A model generated the notes under the pieces. That model did not search any database. It was not told where the DNA came from and saw nothing but the letters and a program-made list of their open reading frames with translations. Positions 1 to 7,661 of a DNA stretch of 46,180 bases are shown here, piece after piece (the first letter of the stretch is position 1; each line of letters begins with the position of its first letter). The position numbers and the translations under genes are program-made. Origin of the DNA: a virus; the IMG/VR virus record IMGVR_UViG_3300011915_000001, positions 1-46,180 of that record. The stretch is one strand, 5' to 3'.

Positions 1-79
1 GGTTTTGGGGAGAATTTGGAGAGGATGGAAACGCCCTGTAAAATCAAGCACTTACACCTCTATGGTATCAAAGCTTGGG
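1..79. repeat. Terminal direct repeat copy 1 (identical to 46102..46180)
   Basis: Read directly: bases 1-79 match the last 79 bases of the window base for base. Confidence 0.95.
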
Positions 80-243
80 ACGCCGCACGGATCAGGCTCA
101 AAGCCTAGTACCGCGAGGCTTCCAGCCAGTTTTCACGCTCAGAAATCCGCTCTTTTGCGCGATCTCACGCGCCAATAGAATCAAACACTTGCGTTTGCGT
201 TTTGGGGAAGGAATTTCCCCTATCTCAGCCCGTCCGGGCAAAT
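1..243. other. Putative attP / integrase arm-site region (continuous with 46081..46180 if the genome is circular)
   Basis: Non-coding stretch between the int stop and the Rz stop. GTTTTGGGGA(A)G(G)AATTT occurs at 2..17 and 199..216, with a related AGTTTTGGCG at 46091..46100. AATCAARCACTTRC occurs at 42..55 and 179..192. Confidence 0.4.
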
Positions 244-771
244 CTAATCCCCCTTCGTTACTTCCCTTGCCCACTCCTGCAGCGCGGTCAGTTTCACGGC
301 GCAGGCGTCTGCGTCTCCGGTGATACCGACAATACGTCGAGCATCCTCTTCGTGAATGTCGGCTCGCTGGCCTCCATCATCCAGGCGGCCGGTGCTGGTG
401 GCGGCGGACACGTCGCCTGCTGCGGCTGGACAACTGGCGCGGACTGACAGCCGGCGAGTGCCATCAGCGACAGCAGCAGACAGCTGCTCAATTTCTTGCT
501 GTGCATGGCGCAGCTCTCCGTATCTTTGTTGGTCGTTTGCGGCCAGACGGCCTTCGAGATCCTGCCGCTCGGCCTGCTGCTTGAGGATCACCGCGGCATT
601 TGCCTCGGCAACCTGGCGCAGGAATGCCTCGTGAGCCGTCGCCTGATCCGCCAGGCGCTTGCCGTAGGCGTTCCCCTGCCACTGCCACGCGCCGGCAGCA
701 GAAAGCGCCATCAGCGCAAGCACAGCGGCTCCTGCGGCGATCAGCTTGTACTGCTTGAGCAGGGCGATCAT
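244..771 (-). CDS. Rz: i-spanin (Rz-like)
   Basis: ATG at 771 overlaps the endolysin stop (ATGA). N-terminal TM helix IAAGAAVLALMALSAAGAW is followed by a charged coiled-coil. It carries an embedded lipoprotein ORF as in lambda Rz/Rz1. The longer ORF-track start at 843 is rejected. Confidence 0.8.
   Translation of the reverse strand: MIALLKQYKLIAAGAAVLALMALSAAGAWQWQGNAYGKRLADQATAHEAFLRQVAEANAAVILKQQAERQDLEGRLAANDQQRYGELRHAQQEIEQLSAAVADGTRRLSVRASCPAAAGDVSAATSTGRLDDGGQRADIHEEDARRIVGITGDADACAVKLTALQEWAREVTKGD
294..506 (-). CDS. Rz1: o-spanin (Rz1-like lipoprotein), fully embedded in the Rz gene in another frame
   Basis: ATG start, signal peptide with lipobox LAGC, and a proline-rich mature part (CPPPPAPAAW). 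Confidence 0.8.
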   Translation of the reverse strand: MHSKKLSSCLLLSLMALAGCQSAPVVQPQQATCPPPPAPAAWMMEASEPTFTKRMLDVLSVSPETQTPAP

Positions 772-1247
772 TGCATCACCTCGCACACGGCCGCGGCGAA
801 TCGTGCAGGCCAGCGCTCCGGATGAGGTTTTCCAGGCCGCCACGTCCTGGCGTACAGATCCCAGCCGCCAGCCGCATCATGCTCGCCTGGCAGCGGCTTC
901 GGATCGGTCCAGAGCAGCAGGCGCGCGAATGCAGAGGCGAGCACGTCGTCACGCTCAATCGCAGCCCATACGGCAGCAGGCTCCGGCGCAACGCCACGCG
1001 CAGCACATACGCGCCGAGCATGGTCGCGGCTCGACGGATGATTCAGCACGCCACGCACGCCGCCACCCTGTTCGAACTGATAGAGCCCGCGCGCCGGCCC
1101 GGTCGGCCACTGGCGGCGCCGCTGTTCGGGATCTTCCTGCTGCGTGATAGCCAGCAGCATGATCTCAGCCTCTCGGCTCGACATTCGCGCAGGCAGCAGC
1201 GCGAGAGCGGGCGCTATGGCTCGCTCCCGTATTTCAGAGAGGGTCAT
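768..1247 (-). CDS. Endolysin, lysozyme-like / lytic transglycosylase type
   Basis: Sits immediately upstream of Rz/Rz1 with an ATGA overlap. SLT-like motifs are present (EAEIMLLAITQQE, ARGLYQFEQGG). RBS GAAGGA precedes ATG 1247. Confidence 0.6.
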   Translation of the reverse strand: MTLSEIRERAIAPALALLPARMSSREAEIMLLAITQQEDPEQRRRQWPTGPARGLYQFEQGGGVRGVLNHPSSRDHARRVCAARGVAPEPAAVWAAIERDDVLASAFARLLLWTDPKPLPGEHDAAGGWDLYARTWRPGKPHPERWPARFAAAVCEVMQ

Positions 1248-1266
1248 GGGTAAATCCTTCAGGCAG

Positions 1267-1291
1267 AAAAAAGCCCCGGATGGCGGGGCTT
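1267..1291 (-). terminator. Intrinsic terminator between the FN3 gene and the endolysin
   Basis: Minus strand reads AAGCCCCG-ccatc-CGGGGCTT followed by a T-run. Confidence 0.7.
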
Positions 1292-1311
1292 GGGTGCGCG
1301 ATTCAGTCTGG

Positions 1312-1644
1312 CTAAACCGGAAGGAACGTCAGAACGTTTGACGGCGGACTTTCGCCAGCACTGTTCCAAGCGGTGACGTAGAAGTATTGTGTCACGCCGT
1401 CCGAAACACCGTCGACGCGCACAGAGGTTGCCGCGGTCTGCGCCTGCAGTACATAGTTCCCGGTGCCTGTCTTCATGTAAACGCGGTAACCACTCGGCGG
1501 ACTACCAGACTGCGGCGCCTGCCACTCGAACACGTAGTACAGCAGCGGGTCCCTGTCTTTGCTGACATACGCGAAGTTTACAGGCGCAGACGGGGCCACC
1601 ACTGCCACTGGCCGTGTGAAACCAGCCACTACCCCGGGCATCAT
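1312..1644 (-). CDS. Fibronectin type III-like domain protein (virion-associated or moron)
   Basis: ATG 1644 overlaps the upstream stop (ATGA). FN3-like pattern SAPVNF...YYVFEWQAP...GYRVYMK...YFYVTAWNSAGESPPS. Confidence 0.6.
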   Translation of the reverse strand: MMPGVVAGFTRPVAVVAPSAPVNFAYVSKDRDPLLYYVFEWQAPQSGSPPSGYRVYMKTGTGNYVLQAQTAATSVRVDGVSDGVTQYFYVTAWNSAGESPPSNVLTFLPV

Positions 1645-2087
1645 GCTGCCACCGTTTGGCCGATCACGTCCCATACGTCCGCGCCGACTTTCTTGAGCGT
1701 CACGGTCATGCGCTCGGTCATGCTGAGCGTTCCGCCCGACGGAGCGTTCAGCGTTACGCCGCTGGCGGCCGCCAGGGTTACGTTGCCTAGTGCGCGGACG
1801 GTGATCTCGGTGCCGATCTCAAACGCCACGGATGAGTTTGTCGGCACCGTCAGAGTGATGGCACTCGTGGTGCCTGTCAGCACGTAGTTCCACGCGTCAG
1901 TCAGGGCCAGCGTGCGGGTGGCTGCTGTGGTGACGATGGATGACTTGTCCTGCTTAGCCGCCAGCGCGTCGGCCATCCCGGTCAGGTTCGAGGCTGAAAC
2001 GGCTTGCCATCCGGTTGCCGTCCACACGAACTGCCCAGCAACGCCAGGCATGTGCGCTACTCGCGCCAGTTCTCTTGCTGCTGTCAT
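1641..2087 (-). CDS. Hypothetical protein, tail-fibre module
   Basis: 148-aa ORF, overlap-coupled to its neighbours in the fibre cluster. No recognisable motif. Confidence 0.5.
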   Translation of the reverse strand: MTAARELARVAHMPGVAGQFVWTATGWQAVSASNLTGMADALAAKQDKSSIVTTAATRTLALTDAWNYVLTGTTSAITLTVPTNSSVAFEIGTEITVRALGNVTLAAASGVTLNAPSGGTLSMTERMTVTLKKVGADVWDVIGQTVAA

Positions 2088-2473
2088 TGTGGAATGCTCG
2101 CCGCGTAGATGAAGAGGTCGTCAATCTGCTGCTCGGTCAGCCCAAGCTGCGGACCTAGCGCGCCAATCAGTGGCCAGTCGCGCTTCACGTCGCGGGCGTG
2201 GTTCCAGTCTATCCTCGCTGACTCGCCTTCCTCGCCGGGCATAGCGGCTATCAGCGCGTCGACCTGGCTGAGGATGCCGGCGTAGAGCATGGCCTGCCGG
2301 GCCTGGCGCATTGTGACGGAATCGGGTACTGGCGCGGGCGGAATGGCCCACGAACCATCGGCCTGCGCCACATGCTCAAGCGATGGCCGCTCGCCCTGCA
2401 TGACGACCCAGCCGTCAGGGCAGGTGCCGCCGACCTGCTGGAGACTGCTATTTGCCTCTGCAAATACACTCAT
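2084..2473 (-). CDS. Hypothetical protein, possible tail-fibre assembly chaperone
   Basis: Directly downstream of the fibre gene with a 4-nt overlap. The function is guessed from position only. Confidence 0.35.
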   Translation of the reverse strand: MSVFAEANSSLQQVGGTCPDGWVVMQGERPSLEHVAQADGSWAIPPAPVPDSVTMRQARQAMLYAGILSQVDALIAAMPGEEGESARIDWNHARDVKRDWPLIGALGPQLGLTEQQIDDLFIYAASIPQ

Positions 2474-3423
2474 ACTATCGCCCCTTTAACTTTCCAGACT
2501 TTTACGCGACATGGGGCTGGCCCGAAAACTGGGTTCACGTTGTCCCCCCTTGGGTTGCCGCTTACAGCCGACCCCCCGGTCAGTCTGGCGCTCCCCGTCT
2601 GCACAATCAACGAACCGTCATATATGTGAGCTGCAACCCCGAACGACCCGAGCGAATCCGAATAGATCCAGCCCGTCTGAAGCCATTTGCCGCTATCAAA
2701 TATCTCAGCCTCGCACAGGCAGTAGAAGCCCGCAAAAGGATTAACCTCCACATACCTCGTATTGGCAGCCACATTGGCCGGACTCGCCGCACTCCCCCCG
2801 TTCGGGTAGATGATGGTGAAATCGACGTCAGACGCTGCAGCCTTAGCATTCAAGGCGCTCGCGAGGTCTGCCTGATCAGCAAGCGTTCCGGTAATCGAGC
2901 CCCAGCTGCCGCCGCCCGCCTGAACCTCCAGCCACGCCCCATCCTTCAGTGCGTACTGCTTGCCGTCTTCTGGGGGCGGCAGGAGGCCGGCGAACCTCTC
3001 CGAGTCTTTCGCGGTGCCGTTCAACGGCAACGCGTCAGCCACCTCGAACGCCGACAGCACATAGACCAGCAGCACGGAGCCGGCAACGATGCCGCTTCCG
3101 CTCGCCAGCACGACGGTCGTGCCGTTCGTTGCGGTGAAGTCAGCCGGCGGCAGGCTTGCGCCATTGAGCGAAACGAAGATCGCTCCGGGCGTGTAGCCGC
3201 CAGGCACCGTGAACGAAGTCTGACCGGCCGAAGTGGCGGTGATGGGTTCGGTGCGGAAGTAGCCGGATGCGTTGCTGCCGATCTCAACCACTGACCCGTC
3301 GCCCTTCTTCATGAAGGCTCTGCCGTCTGCGGTGTTTAGCGCGAGCTCGCCAAGCTCCAGGGAGGCAGCTGGCGGCACGGCCGACGGCGTGCCAGACCGC
3401 TTATGCAGGATCTTGTCAGCCAT
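2470..3423 (-). CDS. Tail fibre protein
   Basis: N-terminus MADKILHKRSGTPSAVPPAASLELGELALNTADGRAFMKKGDGSVVEIG is a typical phage fibre N-terminal motif. The rest is Gly/Ser/Ala-rich. Confidence 0.7.
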   Translation of the reverse strand: MADKILHKRSGTPSAVPPAASLELGELALNTADGRAFMKKGDGSVVEIGSNASGYFRTEPITATSAGQTSFTVPGGYTPGAIFVSLNGASLPPADFTATNGTTVVLASGSGIVAGSVLLVYVLSAFEVADALPLNGTAKDSERFAGLLPPPEDGKQYALKDGAWLEVQAGGGSWGSITGTLADQADLASALNAKAAASDVDFTIIYPNGGSAASPANVAANTRYVEVNPFAGFYCLCEAEIFDSGKWLQTGWIYSDSLGSFGVAAHIYDGSLIVQTGSARLTGGSAVSGNPRGDNVNPVFGPAPCRVKVWKVKGAIV

Positions 3424-3431
3424 GCGTCACC

Positions 3432-3893
3432 TCAGTATGTGCCGCCGTCGATTCCGTCCACGAACTCCAGCGCGTTTGCTGCAGCGTTGACTTTGACGAT
3501 TCGCCCGGCAGCGCCGGTGAAAGAAGATGGGGTGTCAGTGAGCGTCACGAAGGTGGACACGCCACTCGGCGGGGCTTCCATTACGAAGGAGCCGTCTCGG
3601 TAGACGAGCACCTGCCCGTTGGCGGCGCCGGTCAGACTCACGTCGGAAAGATCGCCGATGCTCGCCGCCTGAATAACGGCCTCGACAGCCGCGGTGAAGT
3701 TCGAGATATCTGCCGAGGTCAGCCCGTCTAGTTTGTCCTTCAGCGCCTTACCACCAATGGCAACTGGCGTTCCGTCACTGATCCGGCCGTAGTACAGCAG
3801 GCCGGAAGCCTCGGAATAGGCAAGTTCGCCCGCGGCCAGGCTGGACGGGGCGGCGGTTACGTCGGAACGTTTGATGCGGATAGTGTCAGCCAT
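3432..3893 (-). CDS. Second tail-fibre-like protein sharing the N-terminal motif
   Basis: MADTIRIKRSDVTAAPSSLAAGELAYSEASGLLYYGRISDGTPVAIGG parallels the N-terminus of the 317-aa fibre. Confidence 0.6.
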   Translation of the reverse strand: MADTIRIKRSDVTAAPSSLAAGELAYSEASGLLYYGRISDGTPVAIGGKALKDKLDGLTSADISNFTAAVEAVIQAASIGDLSDVSLTGAANGQVLVYRDGSFVMEAPPSGVSTFVTLTDTPSSFTGAAGRIVKVNAAANALEFVDGIDGGTY

Positions 3894-3902
3894 GGTGACT
3901 CC

Positions 3903-4187
3903 TCAGAAGTGGCCGCCATCGGGCGACACGGGTTCAAATCGATTTTCGTGGTAGACCTTGAGTTGCAGGGTCAGCGGGTTCCACCAGGTTTCGCTTTCAC
4001 TGGCGCCAACCGGTTCGTGGTCCTGGATGTATGAGATTCCGCCTGCGCCAACGCCATTGCGCCCGGGCGGCCCCTGCTCGCCGGCCATGACGACGACTGT
4101 CTCGGCGTCCGGCTCAAGGCCGACGGCGTATTCGGTGCCGGCCTCGATGATCAGTACCTCGGGATCACCGCAGATCGCGACGTTCAT
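3903..4187 (-). CDS. Hypothetical virion/tail-tip protein
   Basis: 94-aa ORF with an ATG start, coupled within the tail-tip cluster. Confidence 0.5.
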   Translation of the reverse strand: MNVAICGDPEVLIIEAGTEYAVGLEPDAETVVVMAGEQGPPGRNGVGAGGISYIQDHEPVGASESETWWNPLTLQLKVYHENRFEPVSPDGGHF

Positions 4188-4759
4188 GTGGTCACCTCAC
4201 GACTGACGGTGACGGCTCCTTGCAGGTAGCGCTGAACGGTGCCATCTGGGTATTGGACTTCAAGGTCGTAGACGGCATTGGTCCACGCCAGCGCAGCTGT
4301 CTGGGTTGCGCTAAGCGTGCGAGTGATCGTCCCAGGGCCAGTAATGGCCAGGCCATCGTTCTCCGTGGTCAGCTCGAGCAGCACAGCGCCGCCGACCTGC
4401 TCGCGGATCTGCATGCGCGCCGTGGCGCCGGTCAGGTCTACCGGGGGCTTGTAGATCAGTTGCCCGCCGCTGGGGTTGAGGTCGAACGCAGACAGTGCGT
4501 TTATCTCCAGCGTGTCAGCGGCGACCACGATGACGCGGTGCGGCCGTTCGCGTGTCGAGCGGTTCACGCCCTGCATGCCATTGACGCCTTCCACCCAGGC
4601 CAGCCAGCTGCCCGGCAAGCCGTGGTCTACGGTGAGGCGCAATGGCGAGCCACCGAGCGCGGTGATTGGTCGGTATTCGTAGCGCGGCTGCATCAGCCGC
4701 AGGGTGTCGCGCAGGGTCGAGCCCTGCACGATGTGCAGATTGAGTTTTGCTGGCTGCAT
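4184..4759 (-). CDS. Hypothetical virion/tail-tip protein
   Basis: 191-aa ORF, ATG at 4759, ATGA overlap with the downstream gene. Confidence 0.5.
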   Translation of the reverse strand: MQPAKLNLHIVQGSTLRDTLRLMQPRYEYRPITALGGSPLRLTVDHGLPGSWLAWVEGVNGMQGVNRSTRERPHRVIVVAADTLEINALSAFDLNPSGGQLIYKPPVDLTGATARMQIREQVGGAVLLELTTENDGLAITGPGTITRTLSATQTAALAWTNAVYDLEVQYPDGTVQRYLQGAVTVSREVTT

Positions 4760-4775
4760 GGCTGCTCCGAAGGCG

Positions 4776-5642
4776 TTACGCGCTGGTCAATTCGATGAAG
4801 TCGGGCGCAGGGTCTCGCGCGTTTCGCATCTCGATCTGGACGTAAACGCTTGGTGTGCCACCGTCATCCCAGCGCTCGATGAGCAGATTGGAAAGTCGTA
4901 CCCGGCTAGCAACTTCCATCGTCACGACCGAGCCATTGACTGTGCCCTGACCAGCTCCCGTGTAGTCGACCAGCGTTGCGCTGAATACATCGCCAGGCTG
5001 CAGGAGCGCCGCGAAATCAAGCGAAAGCGAAATCGTCGCCGACGGCTGAGGCTCCACCTTCAAGAGGAACCCGGCCGGATTAGACGCCCATGCCGGCATG
5101 GTCATAGAAATGCCGAACTGACCCGCCGTCTGATATGGCGAGGAGATGCCGACCTCTTTGTCTGAACGGGCCAAGGTCGCTGTCGTGCCTACTGTCGAAG
5201 CCTGGTATTCGTTCAGCGGTGGGCACTCTGTCATTGGCATCCAGTCTTCAGGACCGGCATTGCCGACTGACACGAACAGGCGCTGGAACGGATGCGTCGT
5301 CACCACCCAAAGCAGACCGGCCGCGCTTGGTGTTTCGGTCGGCTGATCTGCGCTGACCGTTACGCCGGAACCGCCAGAGGAAAGCGCCGCAAGCGTAGCC
5401 GCAGTCAGGCCGCAGTAGATGACGCTTCCGGCCGGCCAGCTCTGGTCGGTGGTTCCCTCAACGGCTCGAGTTAGCGCGGCAGAGCCGGCAACGACTACGG
5501 CATCAACGATCTCCCAGCGAGTAGCGCCGGCAGCAGCATCCGCCAGCGTAAGTCGGTACTCGCCGTCAGGCAGATCGAGCGGGCACGACGTAGCGCCCTG
5601 CTCCAGGGTGATCTCCCGGAGCCAGTTGTTTACGTAGTTCAT
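4776..5642 (-). CDS. Hypothetical virion/tail-tip protein
   Basis: 288-aa ORF in the tail-tip cluster. Confidence 0.5.
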   Translation of the reverse strand: MNYVNNWLREITLEQGATSCPLDLPDGEYRLTLADAAAGATRWEIVDAVVVAGSAALTRAVEGTTDQSWPAGSVIYCGLTAATLAALSSGGSGVTVSADQPTETPSAAGLLWVVTTHPFQRLFVSVGNAGPEDWMPMTECPPLNEYQASTVGTTATLARSDKEVGISSPYQTAGQFGISMTMPAWASNPAGFLLKVEPQPSATISLSLDFAALLQPGDVFSATLVDYTGAGQGTVNGSVVTMEVASRVRLSNLLIERWDDGGTPSVYVQIEMRNARDPAPDFIELTSA

Positions 5643-5645
5643 TGA

Positions 5646-7226
5646 TTACACCCAGGTAAAGAAGCCGCCGCCAAGGCGCGCGCGCTCTGTTTGGCCGGTA
5701 ACGGGGTTGTAGGCGCCGGCCGCAAAACCGGTGTGGTAGTCCCATAGCGCCTGGCTGAAATTTGAAGCGAACCGGTCGTGACCGGGAATCAGGTTTCCGG
5801 TTGCCGTGTCTCCAGCGTCGACTCCTGACGGAGTGATGGCCGGGCCTGCCACGTACTCAAACTGATCGTTGCCCATGCAACGCGCCATGGCTGAAATTAC
5901 CTTGTTGCTGGATTGCATCCCGGCAAACCAAGTAAGTTCATAGCCATCGCTGCCATATGACGCAGCCGCTGCTTTGCGCGGCGCTCCGTCGTGGCGAGGG
6001 CCGACCGTGCCGGCTAAAACTTCCCCATGAATGGATGGAGAGCCTGCTACCGGAGCGTTCGTCTCGACGGTGGAATAGGTCGTAGACGAAAATCGCAACG
6101 AATACGTTGTGACGTTCGGGTTCTGATCCTCAGTGAAGGCTGCGGTGAACCATGGCAGGAAGCTGCCATTGCCGATCTTGACCAGTGCGGTGTACTGGTA
6201 GTCACGCACGTACGGGCTCCACCACTGTTCCATATCGCCTCGCGAAACAGGCTCTTGAGCGCTGAGCGTCAGGCTTGTAGAGATGCGAATGGTGACAAGT
6301 TGCGGCGTTCCGTCTGCTTCGTACCAGCCTCCAATCACGCGATCCTTTGATGCTGTAGCTGTCGAAGTGCCGTAACCATAATTGATCGCGTACTTGTACG
6401 GGCCGTCTCCGGTGCTCGTGGTAAGCGGCTCATATGGCGGGTTTGGCGGTTCACCCTCACCCGAGTATTTGGTCCAGCTTCCCGCCGACCCGACAAGCCA
6501 CAACGTCGCCTGGCTCAACGGCCCGCCATCCTGACCGCTTACATTCGTTCCGAGCATGCAGCTCGTGTGCCCGGCGAGCACATTCACCGTCATGGACGTA
6601 AAGTCAGCCGAGAAAACGGCCTCGACGATGGCGCCAACACCCTCGTCTTCGTCGCGATCAACGCGGATCTGATACGGATATGCCGTGTAGCTCCGGGTGA
6701 AGCTCATGGCAAACATCCAGCGCCGGCCGTCTGGCGTTGCATCAAGCAAAAATTCACTGCCATATTGGCTAGGCAACTGCTGCAACTGCGCAACCGGCGC
6801 TCGCGCATCAATGAATCTCGTGCCTTCCTTGAGGCTGATTACTGAGCGGACCTCTACACCCAGGGCGGTGCCGAGGTTAACAGCCGTCATCGATATGCTG
6901 GCCAGTTCGTTCCCGACCCGCACGCGACGGTTGCCAAGGTTTAGCCCCCAGGCGTTAAAGCCGCTCCCGCTTCCGGTACCGCTGGCGATGTACTTGTTCC
7001 ACAGGCTTGCCTCCGGGTCGTCCGGCTGTAGCGTTGGCTCTGGCAGCCCAAGGTCGACAAGATAGGTATTCGTCGGTGTCGGGCCGGCAAACATGCTCGA
7101 GTAGATCTTGCGCCCACTCGCCAACTCGATATAGCGAGCGCCTGAGACAGGTGTGACGTAGAGCCCGTGCCATGGCATGCCGAAGGTGACCACCTCATCG
7201 CCCGCAACGAAGTCAGGAATTGACAT
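5646..7226 (-). CDS. Large tail-tip/baseplate structural protein (unassigned family)
   Basis: 526-aa ORF downstream of the tape measure cluster. No motif recognised. Confidence 0.5.
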   Translation of the reverse strand: MSIPDFVAGDEVVTFGMPWHGLYVTPVSGARYIELASGRKIYSSMFAGPTPTNTYLVDLGLPEPTLQPDDPEASLWNKYIASGTGSGSGFNAWGLNLGNRRVRVGNELASISMTAVNLGTALGVEVRSVISLKEGTRFIDARAPVAQLQQLPSQYGSEFLLDATPDGRRWMFAMSFTRSYTAYPYQIRVDRDEDEGVGAIVEAVFSADFTSMTVNVLAGHTSCMLGTNVSGQDGGPLSQATLWLVGSAGSWTKYSGEGEPPNPPYEPLTTSTGDGPYKYAINYGYGTSTATASKDRVIGGWYEADGTPQLVTIRISTSLTLSAQEPVSRGDMEQWWSPYVRDYQYTALVKIGNGSFLPWFTAAFTEDQNPNVTTYSLRFSSTTYSTVETNAPVAGSPSIHGEVLAGTVGPRHDGAPRKAAAASYGSDGYELTWFAGMQSSNKVISAMARCMGNDQFEYVAGPAITPSGVDAGDTATGNLIPGHDRFASNFSQALWDYHTGFAAGAYNPVTGQTERARLGGGFFTWV

Positions 7227-7659
7227 TCTGGAACTCCAGAACTACCGGCTCGCCGTTGGCGTCGGTCATCGTGACCTTCTTGGCAGCGCGAACCTCGAAG
7301 AAAACTGCGCCGTCAGTAGAGGCGCGCAGGATCGAGGCGTGGTATTCGCGGGTTCCGGCCGTTTCGATCAGTGGGCTGGCGATCCCGCCTCCAGTAGCTC
7401 CACCGCTCGAAGGACCAGACGATGTCCCAGTCCCGACCTGTGCCGGCAGCGCGCCGACTGGGTCCACCCGCGGGAGCGACTTGGCTTGGCGCTGAGGGGC
7501 GGTGAGTGACCGGATGTCTTCGGTAACGCTCTTCCCAGTTCGCCGCTCAATCATTGCCGCCCCGCCAGCGCGGCGGCTAGCCTCCATCGCAGCCCCGCTC
7601 GCACGCCGACTGGCTTCCATGGCCGCACCAGAGGCGCGGCGCCGTTCCTCATTGGTCAT
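7213..7659 (-). CDS. Hypothetical tail protein with an N-terminal tandem 11-aa repeat
   Basis: RRASGAAMEAS, RRASGAAMEAS, RRAGGAAM near the N-terminus, followed by a Gly/Ser-rich linker. Confidence 0.5.
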   Translation of the reverse strand: MTNEERRRASGAAMEASRRASGAAMEASRRAGGAAMIERRTGKSVTEDIRSLTAPQRQAKSLPRVDPVGALPAQVGTGTSSGPSSGGATGGGIASPLIETAGTREYHASILRASTDGAVFFEVRAAKKVTMTDANGEPVVLEFQNVNS

Positions 7660-7661
7660 GG

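Noticed and set aside
1-79. True direct terminal redundancy of the virion DNA (T7-like DTR)
   Set aside because: The terminase is of the lambda gpA/Nu1 type and a cos-like gap lies next to it at 21033..21191. The repeat sits next to int, which fits a circular-assembly overlap or an att core better.
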